Shown in pieces: positions 26,986-39,654 of a DNA stretch of 64,000 nt; position 1 is the first letter of the stretch, and every line of letters starts with the position of its first letter. Under the pieces are notes generated by a model that was given only the letters and a program-made list of their open reading frames with translations, searched no databases and was not told where the DNA came from. The stretch spans positions 3,596,001 through 3,660,000 of the forward strand of contig CM035352.1 in the NCBI GenBank assembly GCA_020137815.1, read 5' to 3'. This DNA comes from Hormiphora californensis (Eukaryota; Animalia; Ctenophora). The translations under genes were made by a program, and so were the position numbers.

Positions 26986-27266
26986 AATAGGGGTCTCTAA
27001 TAAAGTTGTGACTTGTCACTGTAGTCTTGCGGAGTAAGTTATGTGACTTATCACTGTGTGGTGCGTGTACCAAAACGCACATGGTTCACGCAGCGGTGCA
27101 GCCTCACAACACTTGTCAATGTGCGATTGTGACTCACACATGGTTTAGGCCGCACCGCTTGGGAACCATGTGCGTTTTGTTATGCACTCCACACGGTGAT
27201 AAGTCACATAACTTACTCCGCACGACATAACAGTGACAAGTCACAACTTTATTAGGGACCCCTATT
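26986..27266. mobile_element. Palindromic MITE (~130-bp arms)
   Basis: AATAGGGGTCTCTAATAAAGTTGTGACTTGTCACTGT... is mirrored by ...ACAGTGACAAGTCACAACTTTATTAGGGACCCCTATT; no clear TSD. Confidence 0.8.
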
Positions 27267-27940
27267 TTATCATTATTGCATCCATTGAAAAACTTTGTTC
27301 CATAGAACTTCTAACTTTACATTTTACAACTTTAGCCTTCTATTAGAAGGCTAAAGTTGTAAAGTTAAATACCGTTCACCGCCATAGCCATTTCCCTTCT
27401 CTTTAAAGACATGGTATATTTACTAAATAGTAAATATACCATGTCTATATAATAATATAACTAGGATGGGTCATGGTGGGTGGTCCTTTGCAAAGGACCG
27501 CCTCGTTACCTTTTTTGCTGTGGCAAAAGTTTCTCAGAAAATTGCTCAGAAATTTCTCAAGAACAAGAATTCTTGTACCAAATAATATTTAGCAAGATGG
27601 TCCTCTTTTAACTAGCTTCCTCGCCATCCGCCGATGTGTACGCTGGTTTGACGTAGATCACTAGATCAGGGTTGTTGTAAACTAGATCATTTAGTTATCT
27701 TATTCTGATTTCTGCTGAATTATAGTTCATCTAAGGGCACACCTTAGTTTGTCGATCTACGTACTACACCAGCTTTATAGTTTGTTTCATTTTAAGCGCA
27801 TATGCCATTTAACTAGTTTTTCAAATGATTTCATGGTTGTAGCTATAATGTCATTACTAGTTTATCAATTGATGTCATGTGTATTGTTGCAGATATGTCA
27901 TTACTAGTTTATCAAATATTTTCATTGTTGCAGCTATACT

Positions 27941-29301
27941 ATGTCTTTTGGAATGGCTGCGAATTGTTCCACATTGGACACTCACTATGGAGATGTCACT
28001 AACGAGGCACAGAGGATATTGCTATTAGTTTACTCTATCGGAGTTTTTATTATTGGTGAGTTTATATTGCCCTATTATTATTGATGTGTTGCTCGGAAAA
28101 ATTAAATAAATCTTCAACCAATAGTTACACGTAATACTAAGGATGAATAATGATCCACTCATGCTGACCATCAAGCTGTGTGCCCCATCTCCTAACTCAC
28201 CGACCTTCAGGTGTAATTGGTGACGTTGTTGTCCTATTCTGTTCGATATCTTACATCAATGTGACCTACAACGCAGATAACATCACGATCCTCTTTGTCA
28301 AGCACCTCGCTATAGCTGACCTCCTATCCCTTATCACGGTGGTGCTACCCCTGGCTATAGTCCACGCAGCTAAGAAGTGGATACTGGGATGTGTGCCGTG
28401 TTACCTTCTCGGGGTGCTAAACAACTACCCAGGGCTCCTTCACATTCACTTCATCTTGTTGATATCAGTACACCGCCTCCTCAGATGTGTTATCCCAGTC
28501 CGTTCCGGGACATTTTTCACCCAGAAGCGATCGTACGCGCTGGTCGCCGCGGTATGGGTATATTGTAGCGTAATCCCGGTCTGTGTTTTTCTTGCACAGT
28601 TGGAGATTACATTCATCACAGACAGTTGCACCTTAGACACGTATAATGTTACTTCCCAGTTCGCGGGGGTTCCCATCGGCACGATCATGGCTGCACTTTG
28701 GGTTCTCTACATTTGTGTGCCCTTTGTGGCGGTCATCATGGCCATCCTCCTTCTGGCAATCAACTCCTGTAAACTCACCGGAGTGGTTTGGAACCGAAAT
28801 AAAAGGATTCTTTATACCACCTTTCTCATTGGTGGCCTATTTGTCCTCTCCTGGTCTCCACACATTTTCTTCACATTTTGGCGATCATTAGACCACGATC
28901 TGATCAGTAATTCTATGAACCGTATACCTCAGTATTGTCATATGGTGAGCTTGTGTATCAACCCCATTGTCTATACAATCGTTAACCGGAACTTTAAAAA
29001 GTTTATGAAGGAGCACGCCAGGAAAGTTTCTGAGGCAACGACTTCCTTTTCGACCGGGGGAACGACCACCACTTCATCACGACCCTCCTCTGCCATTGGC
29101 AGTAAAGTCCGGAGGTGGACCAACTTTGAGATTATTTTCGAGAACTCTAACCAAGAGGCAAATGAACCAATACGGCCCTCATCCGGGAGGCGGAGTACCA
29201 GCCCACGGTATTCCGTGGCTTCAGAAATGCTGACTATTCAGCCTAAGGCTAAAAATAGGAGAATCTCACGAGTTACTTTACCAGATCAGACTGCCGGATG
29301 A
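27941..29301 (+). CDS. Class A (rhodopsin-family) orphan GPCR, 2 coding exons, ~401 aa
   Basis: Exon 27941-28055 (MSFGMAANCS...YSIGVFII, G|gtgagt) joins 28211-29301 in phase. Seven hydrophobic segments with HLAIADLL, W..G..PC, SVHRLLRC (DRY variant), SWSP and INPIVY. Confidence 0.9.
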
Positions 29302-29499
29302 AGTATCAGTCCAGGTACCCTTTTTTAACGCCGTAATGGGATCCAGAGGGATATCGGACATTATTCTTTTGTTAGTCGCTTATTATACTGGTATGTGGTC
29401 AGCAGGTCAGATCAAAATAAAGACAAGTTTTGTCGCACAAAACAGATAAATTGTAAAGACAGAATGCACATGGACACAATAAGAGAGTTTGTTGAATTG

Positions 29500-29830
29500 T
29501 TATTTGCTGTTTTGCTGAATATTGTAGGATTTTATTATGCCTATACGTTGTACCTGAAAACTTATAACACGAGACCGAAGGTCGAGTGTTATAAGTACAA
29601 CAATAATGATCCGAGACCACAGGTCGAGGCAGATTCTTGTACTTTAGTGCACGAGCCTGCGAGTGCCACTAAGTGTAACTACCTCACGAGCCTGCGAGTG
29701 ATGTAGTTTTACTTTTTGACCGAGCCTGCGAGGTCTAAAAGTGTAAGAATCTGGGACATTATTGTTGACGTCAGGTACAACGAAAATAGGCATAATAAAA
29801 TTGCATTGTAAAATTTTTAAAACAAGAGTG
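29500..29830. mobile_element. Hairpin-rich non-autonomous repeat (Crypton-like appearance); similar architecture at 36332-37020
   Basis: Serial short GC hairpin motifs (CCGAAGGTCGAG, CACGAGCCTGCGAGTG x2, GACCGAGCCTGCGAGGTC). The 36332-37020 element has inverted pairs TATGAAACCCGATAG/CTATCGGGTTTCATA and CTATGAACGTTTGT/ACAAACGTTCATAG. Superfamily is inferred only. Confidence 0.4.
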
Positions 29831-30261
29831 AGAGACAGTTTAGGGCGTAACAATAGAACGAATTCATGATAAGGTAGCAGGCAGAGATAAGATAACGCCT
29901 GAGATCTATAGGTAAAGAGAGTGAGAGATTAGCGAGAGTGAGAGAGAGATAAAGAATGTGTGGGTCTGGGAGTTCGTGACTGTTATCTTGATCTCGGTGT
30001 TGCAACGGCTTGAGAGTGTGACATAAAGAAAGAGAGAGAGGGAGTTCGTACACGCTTATCTTTCGAACGGTTTTTAGTGTGACAGAAACAGTAAGGAGTA
30101 AGGACTTCTAAGTGCAGCAGTGTTATAAGTTTTCATGTATCACTGGGGGGTGTTATAAGTGAAAACTTATAACACTGGGGGGTGTTATAAGTGAAAACTT
30201 ATAACACTGGGGGGTGTTATAAGTTGTACAAGCAGTGCTACCTAAAGAATTATATTATATC

Positions 30262-31955
30262 TCAAAATTTTACAATGTTTGTTTCATTACCATCCGAGAC
30301 TTTTCCTGAGCCTGCAGATCTTGTTGGGGCCTGATCCGCCATACTGGAAGTAGGGGCGGCATTTGTTGTTGTTGTACTCTGCTGCTGGGTCATGTATAGA
30401 AATGGAAGGCATCGAGGAATCCATGATTGTAGTAGGGCAGCAGTTGTAGGCTCAGTTCCATTTCTAACTGCCTTCCTCCATCGTGCCCTTCGGTTTTGAA
30501 ACCAAATCTGAAGAAATTACCGGTTAGAATTCGAGACACGACCTCGTAAAATTTGGATTGGATCGCTGTGTGGATCTTTAAATCTTCAATATATCGAGTG
30601 CGAACTCCGAGAGAGTTTGTGGCAAGTCATTGGCCCGGTGTGGCAATGTTTTTTAAGCTACGAGGGTCGAGGGGGCAGCAGGTGTTTTGAATTATACCTG
30701 AACACAGCTCTCACTTAGTCCCACTCTCCCTCTCTCTCTCATACCTGAACACAGCTCTCACTTAGTCCCACCCTCCCTCTCTCTCTCTCATACCTGAACA
30801 CAGCTCTCACTTAGTCCCACCCTCCCCGCCAGCTCCTCCCTCAGCACCAGATCGGGATAATGTGTGCGTGTAAACACCTGAAGAAGGAGTTGTAAGGGGA
30901 GAGATACAATGAAGGAGTATTGTGTGAAGGAGTACATGTAGAGTTGTTGGGTCACCTGAAACTGTGTCCCGTATGAACAGTTCAATATTAGGGTAACTTA
31001 TCGGGAGGGGATGGGAGAATTTGGATAAAAGCCGAGCTCAGGTGGTTTATTGGGATTAAGTGGTCAGAGAGAGATAAATTGCTTAGGAGCCGAGTATTGT
31101 GTCGCAGTGACCTTAAAATTCCTTGAAATTCAATATCAGATTGTTGCAATTGAGAGAACACAGCTGTTTTTCGTGAGAGGCGAGAGCAATAGATGGTTAA
31201 AACGATGGTTAAACGGTGAAACGATAATATTGTTACCCTAAAAGCCCACCCACTGAGCTTTTTTTGTTAAAATATAATGCATGATAAGATTCTCTCAGAG
31301 TTGTAAAAGTAAAGAACGAAGAGTCGGCCGAAATTCTAAATATTTTTTTCGCAAGGTAAGCTGTTGTACGAAAAAATAAAACATCATTTGCTATAAATAA
31401 ATTGTTGAGTTTTTAAACCCTTTGAGGTCCACTGCACTGATCATGGACTGAACGAATTTTCCTCCCTGGAAATATAACCAGGATGATATATTCTAATAGG
31501 CTACAATTACCTTCTCGAGCTCGTCCAACTGGACCATGGTGAATCTGGTTCTGTGTCGAGAGCGGCGTCGTCTGTGACACAACTCCTCAAATAAACATCT
31601 CTCTTGGGCAAGCAGGGGACCTGAAGATATCATTTAGGTTACTTTTTGGGTTTCTTCTGGAGCTGTCTATTTTTTTTTCTGATCTAGAATCTAGATCCTA
31701 GACTGTCTAGTAGACTAGACACCTTCTAGAGACCTACGTACCGAATCTAGGATCACTCTTGGCGAGTAGGGCCTCCACGGAGTACTGGAGTGGCCGGAAT
31801 TCCTCCAGGACCGGTCTCGCAGATCCAGGTGGCGTCTGGTCAGGGAACATTAACATCCGAGGCTGATCAACTGCTGCTGGTGGTGGTGACGGGGCCTGGT
31901 CAACATGTTTGTTGTTGCAGGGGGCCTGCTCCTGGTCGGCTGTTGAAGTGCTCAT
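30262..31955 (-). CDS. PRD-class (Q50 paired-like, aristaless-type) homeobox transcription factor with eh1 motif
   Basis: Exons 31955-31742, 31620-31511, 30877-30794 and 30507-30262 give YSVEALL (eh1) and [17 protein letters not shown]|[28 protein letters not shown]|[12 protein letters not shown]; intron at the classic PRD 46/47 position. The C-terminal end is less certain. Confidence 0.92.
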
Positions 31956-32145
31956 GTTGGTATTTGAACTTGGTGTTGCTGATATTGGGAAAAGAGAGAG
32001 TCAGAGTAAACGGGTTCCATGAGCTGAACTTTGGCAAAGTGATTGAGCTCGACAAAATGGCAAACAGAGGGAAAGCAACTGGTTGGTACTTGAGTCATAT
32101 ATCATTTATGGAACGAATGAGAGAGAGCTGGAGAAAGAGAGAGAG

Positions 32146-32231
<86 letters not shown>

Positions 32232-33498
32232 ACTATACAGCTCTAATGAAGTGAAAGAGTTAATCAGATCGGGTTAGAAAACCGTTGTACAAAAGCCACA
32301 AGAGCATATTGGACATTGATTGCTTTCAACTCTCACTATCTATCAATCTCTCTTCCTCTATCTATCTATCTCTCTCTCTTTCTCTCTCTTTCTCTCTTTG
32401 TGGTTTGAACGCTGGTGATGGGGTTTGATTGATTGGTAACAGTGCACGAACAACCTATAGCTCCCCAGTCCTCATAGCATAGAAATATAAATAGCATAAG
32501 TAAGCAGTTTTCGCTTTCAGAATAACTCTGGCAAAATCAAACATCTCTCAAGATTACATAGCTTTGAAAATCTGAATAAGCTGGTATCTAGATGAGCAGA
32601 ACTTTGTAATACCTCTGCAGCACGCAGCTGAGTAATGATTCGAAAGTCCGGGAATAGTAGTCAACTTATAGAAATCTCATTCACTACTCACCACACACAC
32701 AGTGCACGTGACTGCATGGTGTCCCCGTGCTGTTATTAATATTAACTTCACAACTCGATTAATTTTCTCTCCTCTATGTAGATGTCTTAAACAAAGGACA
32801 CGGGGAGGGATGCACCTAGCTGGGGATAGGTCGAATGAATTGCACTTTCTAGATTATCTCGAACCGGAGCACTAACTCCCTCTCCCTCTCTCAATAAAGA
32901 GATATTGATCACACAGCTTGCAGTGATCACATGGGTCAGTACTTAATAAAATACAGATGGAATGTGTCCAATATGATCATCAGCACGGTGCCACGGGTGG
33001 TTCCATGTTTATTGCCCCTAGAAGAGTTCTCCATCTTATTACTGGATCCAGTTCCTTTCAGATTATCATCCAACTGAACCCACTATTCCCTAGTTCCCTT
33101 TATCACCCTCTATGTAACTCACCTCCAATCTTCATAATTATATGCAGCTCGTATCACTGACAGTAAGTGAGTGAGGTTCCGAAAAGAAACAGTCGCAAGA
33201 TAAATAGGCAAATTTAGCAACACGAAAATAAATTAAGCGATACCATTTTAGCGGAGTCCAACAGAGAAAAGAAAGAATCACGTACCATGATAGTGATTCC
33301 TAAAGTGAGAGATATGCAGTTTTTCAGGGGGGGGGATTATCCAAAAAAAGAAAGGCAGTTTTGGGGCAGGTGGTAAAATGTGTCAAAAGTTTACACCTTA
33401 AACCTGGGAACATAATTCAGAATTGTTCAACAGCACAAAAACGCCATGTCAACCGACTCAATACGGATAGTAGCTAGATGGGACGATTTGTCAGATTG

Positions 33499-36400
33499 TC
33501 ACTTCTTCACCATCCCCTTCGTCCGTTTGTCCAACTCTAATTCCCTGCAAATTGTGTTACAATTAATTCACTCTGAAAAATCAATAAATTAACAAACAGA
33601 CAAATATACAAGCAAACAAACAAGCAAACACACGAAAGGACAAACGGACAAACAAACAATTAAACCAACAAATAAACAAACAAACCTCTTCATTGTTATG
33701 TCATCGAATTCTTCACTCGTACATCGTTTAATTGAGAGAGTCTGAGTTACCTTTACCCTCTCTGCCGCACATTCTTGTTTTGAACACAGAGCACTGAAAG
33801 TGAAATAGGTGCATATTGTTTCTATTTTTTATCACCATGATGATCTGCAGATAGTCTTTAATTTCTCGAAAGCATCAGACATGTCTGGACAACCAAAAAA
33901 ATTTGACAGGTATCATATGTGATGATTGATTGATAAGCTCAAAGGCTCGAAGGCCCTCTTTAATCTCTTTATCAGAGGGCGAGCATGGCAGTTGAACGCA
34001 CCTAAGATAAGAGGGACTTGTCCTTTTTTGGTTGTCGGGAGCATTATTTTTTAACTAGCCGTTTATTAGTTAAATGTTAGTCGGTGGCTTAAAAATATTT
34101 AGATTTCTCGAAAGGCTCTAATATTCTGAGAATTAAGATTAAAGATCTCCCACGGTTTCACACGCCACATAACCGACGGTGAATTTATTCGCGTTTCGCA
34201 TGCAAATTTGGGACATGGATGGCTGGTATAACTATACCTATGTCCTATCTATCATTCATTGACATACCCAGTGGATAGAGAACTTGATTGCTGCGTCATT
34301 TCAATCGTATACCTAGCCTCCTCTAGATCTCCCATCACAGCCGCCTTCCTTCCCATTTTCCTCCCCTGTCTCTTCTGCATTACCGTATAGGATGAGAATC
34401 TTCGCTGGGCTGCAGCCGTGTCTGTCATGTTACCTGTCAGCCCTCCACGGAGAACGTTATCTTGGGTAATAGCAGCCCTCCTTCTTAATCCCTTACCACC
34501 CTTCCTCTGTGTCTGTCTGTCAGGAAATAATAGATCTGATTTAGATCCGGGAAAATTAATGAATTGGATAGTAATATAAGTTCTAAAAATAGTCCTCTTT
34601 CAATTACAGATCACCATATACGTCAAACCTCCTTATTATAGTGAGACTGGCCACTTGGAGACGGGGAGTTATACAATGAAGGACAATACGTAACGTAGGG
34701 AATAATTGCAAACTTCTTTACCACACCCCGCGACAAATTTTGTAAAGGAGGGTTACAACAATATTTTCACCATATAGCGCTACTACAGTTGCTATGCCGC
34801 TATGGTAACTTACCTACTACTCCGGTTGCTATGGTAACTCACCTACTACTCCGGTTGCTATGGTAACTCACCTACTACTCCGGTTGCTATGGTAACTCAC
34901 CTACTACTCCGGTTGCTATGGTAACTCACCTACTACTCCGGTTGCTGCTAAGATTCTCCAGCTGAGTAGTAACAGGTCGGGAAGGCGTCATCTGGTGATC
35001 GGGTGATAGAACCCCAACCGGCTCACTTCCCGCAACCGGGATTTGGATTATTGGAGATCGAGTGGTGGTCGATAGAAAGTATTTCAAGGCCCGGAAGTCA
35101 TCCATCAGGGACTCTGTGTCGTCCGGGCTAACATTGGGAACGCGGCCTGTTATAGGGGAGAGATGTGTTTTTATGTCTTATTACCCTCCTGTATTCTGTT
35201 ATAGGGGAGAGATGGGTTTTTATGTCTTATTACCCTCCTGTAATAGGGGGGAGAGTATTTTTATGTTCTAACCCTCCTTCAAAAAATGTGTACGGAAAAA
35301 GAGAGAGGATCGAGCAAGGTAGAGAGAATAACTGCTTGGTATAACTCAACTCATAGTTTTTTAGTTTAACTACTAGGGTTAGGTAGTTTTTTAGTTTAAC
35401 TACTAGGGTTAGGTAGTTAAATTTGACTATAAACGGCTTGGGTGGTTTGACTAGTATACGTCGTAGTTAGCCACATAACCCACTTCGGGAGAGCTGAAGG
35501 TTAGCTAGTAGCTAGTCAAGTACTGGCGCCTGCTATTCAGGCTAATAAAATTCGACTAAAGTAACTATTAAAGTCGAATGTTCTGAAACCACCCCCTTTT
35601 TGTTTGTGGCGTCGTATTTGCGTGTGACAGCACCCCCAATTGTGCTCAATATGATCATCTGGGGGCAAAAACGCATATTATAAAAGAAAACACGGTGACT
35701 TTTGGGGCTGTGGCATTGCCACCACAGTTGAATTTAATTCGAATGGCTCATTTCCCCAATACAATAAGCATCCTACAACACATTTGGTTAGAATAAATCA
35801 TACAGATATGTAGCTAACTAATACATCTAGGAGAAACACAAATAACACAACCAATTAATAAATTATAAATCTAGCACTACAAATTTAAAGGATAAAATTA
35901 TTAACACACATATATAAATTATTACACTTATACAAAATCGGTTACTTTAAAATCATACCAGAATCTGTTTAAACATGATGGTCTTCTATCATAATAACCA
36001 AAAAGCCTATAATTTTAGTTTGAAGATATTGGTTGAGAAAAAAGGGATGAGAGCCCAAACATCTCAAATCTGAAGTCGTGGGTTTCCAATTTGTGACAGG
36101 GCTGGGGCCACCCAGTGGGTAATTACATGGTTAAAATAAGTGGCATGAACTTATGACTAGCCAGTAGTTAAGCGATAAATTTAAAGAGACATGCTAACAT
36201 ATGTATTATATGGCACCACCCCGCCACCAACTCCCTAATACTTCTAGGAACTTTTCATACTGATAAGAAACTAAATTAACGAGTATTAAAACTCTGATAG
36301 TACATATAGCCTTCTAAAATGTTATATGTATTATGAAACCCGATAGCTGATTTATCAGTCTTTTGAACATTTTACGCGCACTCGATAACTGCGAGCTGGG

Positions 36401-37922
36401 GGATTTAACACCCTGCTCGCTATTTATCAGACCAGTGCCCTTTTTCACGCGTTTCTCTTCATTTTCATAACATGCGTGTAAATTTCCAAGTAATGAAAAT
36501 GTGTGTAAACACACAGTTCTGTCAATAACAGAGAGGGGAACACATCTGCAACACTTTTCAATGTTATCTCTCTCATCAAGAGGCAAAATAATCGCATTCC
36601 ATTCGTTTCTCTCTCTCATTCTCTCTTTTACTGTTCAATATCTCTCAATGTGTGTATTGGCCCCAATCTTGCTCTCTCTTACTCAAATATGTAAGGAACA
36701 GTTGCAACTAGGTGCCAGTTAGTCTACACACAGTTTGGGGACGTCTGTTGACTACAGCAGTCCTTGTGTGTTTCACCTTGTGTTGTGTCTCTTATTTGCG
36801 TGTAATTACTATCGGGTTTCATAAACTATGAACGTTTGTTAGCCTATCGCGTTATAGGTTTAAATCACCTCCCACTCACCCTCGGCTAGCGCCTCGGGAT
36901 CGGCGTCGGGATTTAAACCAGTTTAATCGCCCTGCCGGGCGATTAAACTCCAGTTGGCTGTTCCCAGCTCGCGCTGGGAAAAGCCAACTTCATAACGCGC
37001 CAGTCTACAAACGTTCATAGTTCATACTAGTAGGCCCGTTCGCCCTACGGGCGAATTTCGGGGAAATGGTAGCTGGATTAGGGAATGCTGACATCACCTG
37101 CACCATCCGTTCCTAGCCTATCTCTCACTTTCTCCCTATACTACGTTGTTTTACGCTATGTTGTTGTACGCTCTGGGCTTTCTGTCAATGTCAAGGTGCG
37201 AATTTAAAAAATCAATGTCAGGGAGGTTCAGTGCTGTTACAGAAACTCATCACGTGAAAACTTGGCCGCCATGTAGCCAATTCAGAGATTTCTATATTCG
37301 ATTGGAGTAATCACCCTTGGGCGACGTTGGGTAAAGCTATCAGTAGTCGTTGATTGGCTCGCTTGAACACGTTGGCGTAATCTGTAATATTCTCTAGCCT
37401 GCTCTCTGACAGCAGCAGATCTTCCGGACCCAGATGACCGTTGCCGAATAGCGCTTGGGGTTGAAGAGTTAGACATCAGGACAAAAGTAAAAGAATGCAC
37501 GTGCAGAATTTAATTTCCCTTAGTACCCAAAACTGCAACTGGGAGTGAGGTTTCTAAGTTGCTCTAATAATTGCACGTGCAGGTGTAGTTGCTAGGTGAT
37601 GTAGCACTGACAATTTGAATAGTAAGTAGTATGATGTATGGCCAAATCAGAAAATTTGATCCAAGATCCCAATATTAACCACTGATCCCAATATATCACT
37701 TACCTAGCCGACTAATGCGAGTACTGAACCTCCCGGGACTGGGTACAACCAGCAGACGATGAGAGATGGAGTCTGGTCTTGCTAGAGGTGGTGGTTGCGG
37801 CTGGAGGAATACTTGCGAAGCAGGCTGATCCCTGTACAACTTCTTCAGAGAATACCTGGAGGTGAGGTTTTGGGACCTATAATTCTTGTTATGGGGTTTT
37901 ACTGGTTGTTGTAGGGGGTCAT
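33499..37922 (-). CDS. Putative orphan gene, 6 exons, ~248 aa, low-complexity and basic
   Basis: Exons 37922-37903, 37855-37704, 35146-34930, 34516-34313, 33793-33686 and 33544-33499 have GT-AG junctions in consecutive matching phases with no stops (MTPYNNQYSLKKLY...LRRRAAI...RRFSSY...ELELDKRTKGMVKK*). No domain recognised. Confidence 0.55.
34799..34946. repeat. 29-bp tandem repeat x5 containing the RFX X-box-like GTTGCTATGGTAAC and a repeated splice donor
   Basis: Unit GTTGCTATGGTAACTCACCTACTACTCCG; the minus strand reads GTAGTAG|GTGAGT. Confidence 0.9.
37027..37599 (-). mobile_element. Non-autonomous Helitron (copy A; copy B at 63056-63617)
   Basis: A|TCACCTAGCAACTACAC ... TTCGCCCGTAGGGCGAACGGGCCTACTAG|T: TC start, subterminal hairpin, CTAG end, A-T target, no TSD; homologous to copy B along its length. 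Confidence 0.85.
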
Positions 37923-39215
37923 AGATCTGCTATGCAGTTCAGACGACCTCTGCAGCTTTCAGACATGATTATGATTTTTGCGGCTGAGCGCGCACGCCAC
38001 ACGGCTCATTAGTAGGTAACTTGGCGCGCCTTCTTATTCTTCCCGCCAAACTGCATATGCAATTGGTATCGAAGACACCTCACACTCTCACATCGCGGCC
38101 TTCGTTTGGTGCGCTTTGCGCGCCGGCAAGGGAGGGGTAACTTCGTTACCAAACTATGCAACAATTCCTCCTCTCCGAGTCCGATAAATTAAGAAAAAGG
38201 CCTTGTCAGTTGTTTTACTTTTACTTACAGTTACCATACAGTCAGTCGCCGTAGAAACGATTTAATTAGCTAATTAAGCCTGATTACCGTTTCAGGTGGA
38301 AGAACTTTGTTTTGGTTGGCCGGGATCCCCGTGTACAAGAATCGTAGCAGCAGAGACGGTAATTGGAGTGGAGTAACGAGTGTTCGTTCCATGTCCGGTA
38401 GTGGCAACACAGCACACTGTGGGGAGGATACTATATTAGTGAACACAGAACAGGTGAGTTATAAACGTTAATTTATAAATAGATTGTGTGTGGGGGATGG
38501 GGTTTGAAGCTCATATCTGATATCGAAGACGAGCACAAACAACAAACATGTTGTTTATTCTCGTTTTGTTATGTGTTATACCTTGAAGGATTGAATCCCC
38601 TGCTATAACGGTGCTGGTAGTCCGATTCCATGGTTACATTCGACTCTGGGGTGTCTGTCACAAATCCTGGAAATATGGGGTCATGTTAAAGTGATGAGGT
38701 GCACGAAAACGAAATTTGGAATAATATCTAAATAAAAAAATAAATTGTGTATAACATTCCTTGGTGTCCAATTAGAATTTTGGTGAAAAGATGACGTTGT
38801 TGTTGTGGTGCTGCGATTCGGACTATGCAGTGGTCCTATGTGAGAGCAGGGTTAAATCCCCCGGACCCGGATCCTGTTGGATCTGAGGGCCCGGAGGGCC
38901 TGCGGAGTTAAGGTAGGTAGAACAATGAACATAGTGGTAAGTTGAACAATGTACATATAATGGGTTAAAGTAAGAGAAAAATATATAAGGGGAAGTAAAG
39001 CTCATGGTGACGGAGCAAAAGACCTCCTAAACTATCTGGAAAGAAGCCCAACCGTCTGGAATGGAGCCTAAGAAGGGGGGGGGGGCGTGAATTTAATATC
39101 CATGTCCTAAATATACACGCCCGACTTAAATGTCCCTGGGACATTAAAGGACATTGAATTAAACATGCATTTTCTATTATTAAACTAAAATAGTGTTTTC
39201 AACACAAAATGAAAA

Positions 39216-39322
<107 letters not shown>

Positions 39323-39654
39323 ATTTTTGAGAAGATATGTGCGGTTTTATGTCAAGTCACACCTGGGCTTAGACTTGACGGTGACTCTTTTGTCGAATGC
39401 AGTTGATTCGACACTTTTCGCTACGTTTGCTCTTAAATTATCAAGCTTGAAAGAAGAGAATTATATTATATTTCTCGAAGAATTATATTATATTTCTCGA
39501 CTGATGCTCTTCTGTTCGCGCACCCACAGGGTGCTCCCCTCACACCTACGCGGACAAGCAATTGCCTTGACGTCACGATAGCACGGTATATAATAGTCTT
39601 TGGTACAAGGCGTATCTTTGCTACTTAAATTTCTCCGATAATTTTGCGTCTCAA

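Noticed and set aside
28211-29301. Opsin
   Set aside because: The position equivalent to the retinal-binding Lys296 (six residues before NP in TM7) is Met.
38296-38453. Possible + strand exon (MSGSGNTAHC...EQ|gtgagt) as the first exon of the SH3 gene
   Set aside because: It ends in phase 0 while the next identified exon starts in phase 1, and no bridging exon was found.
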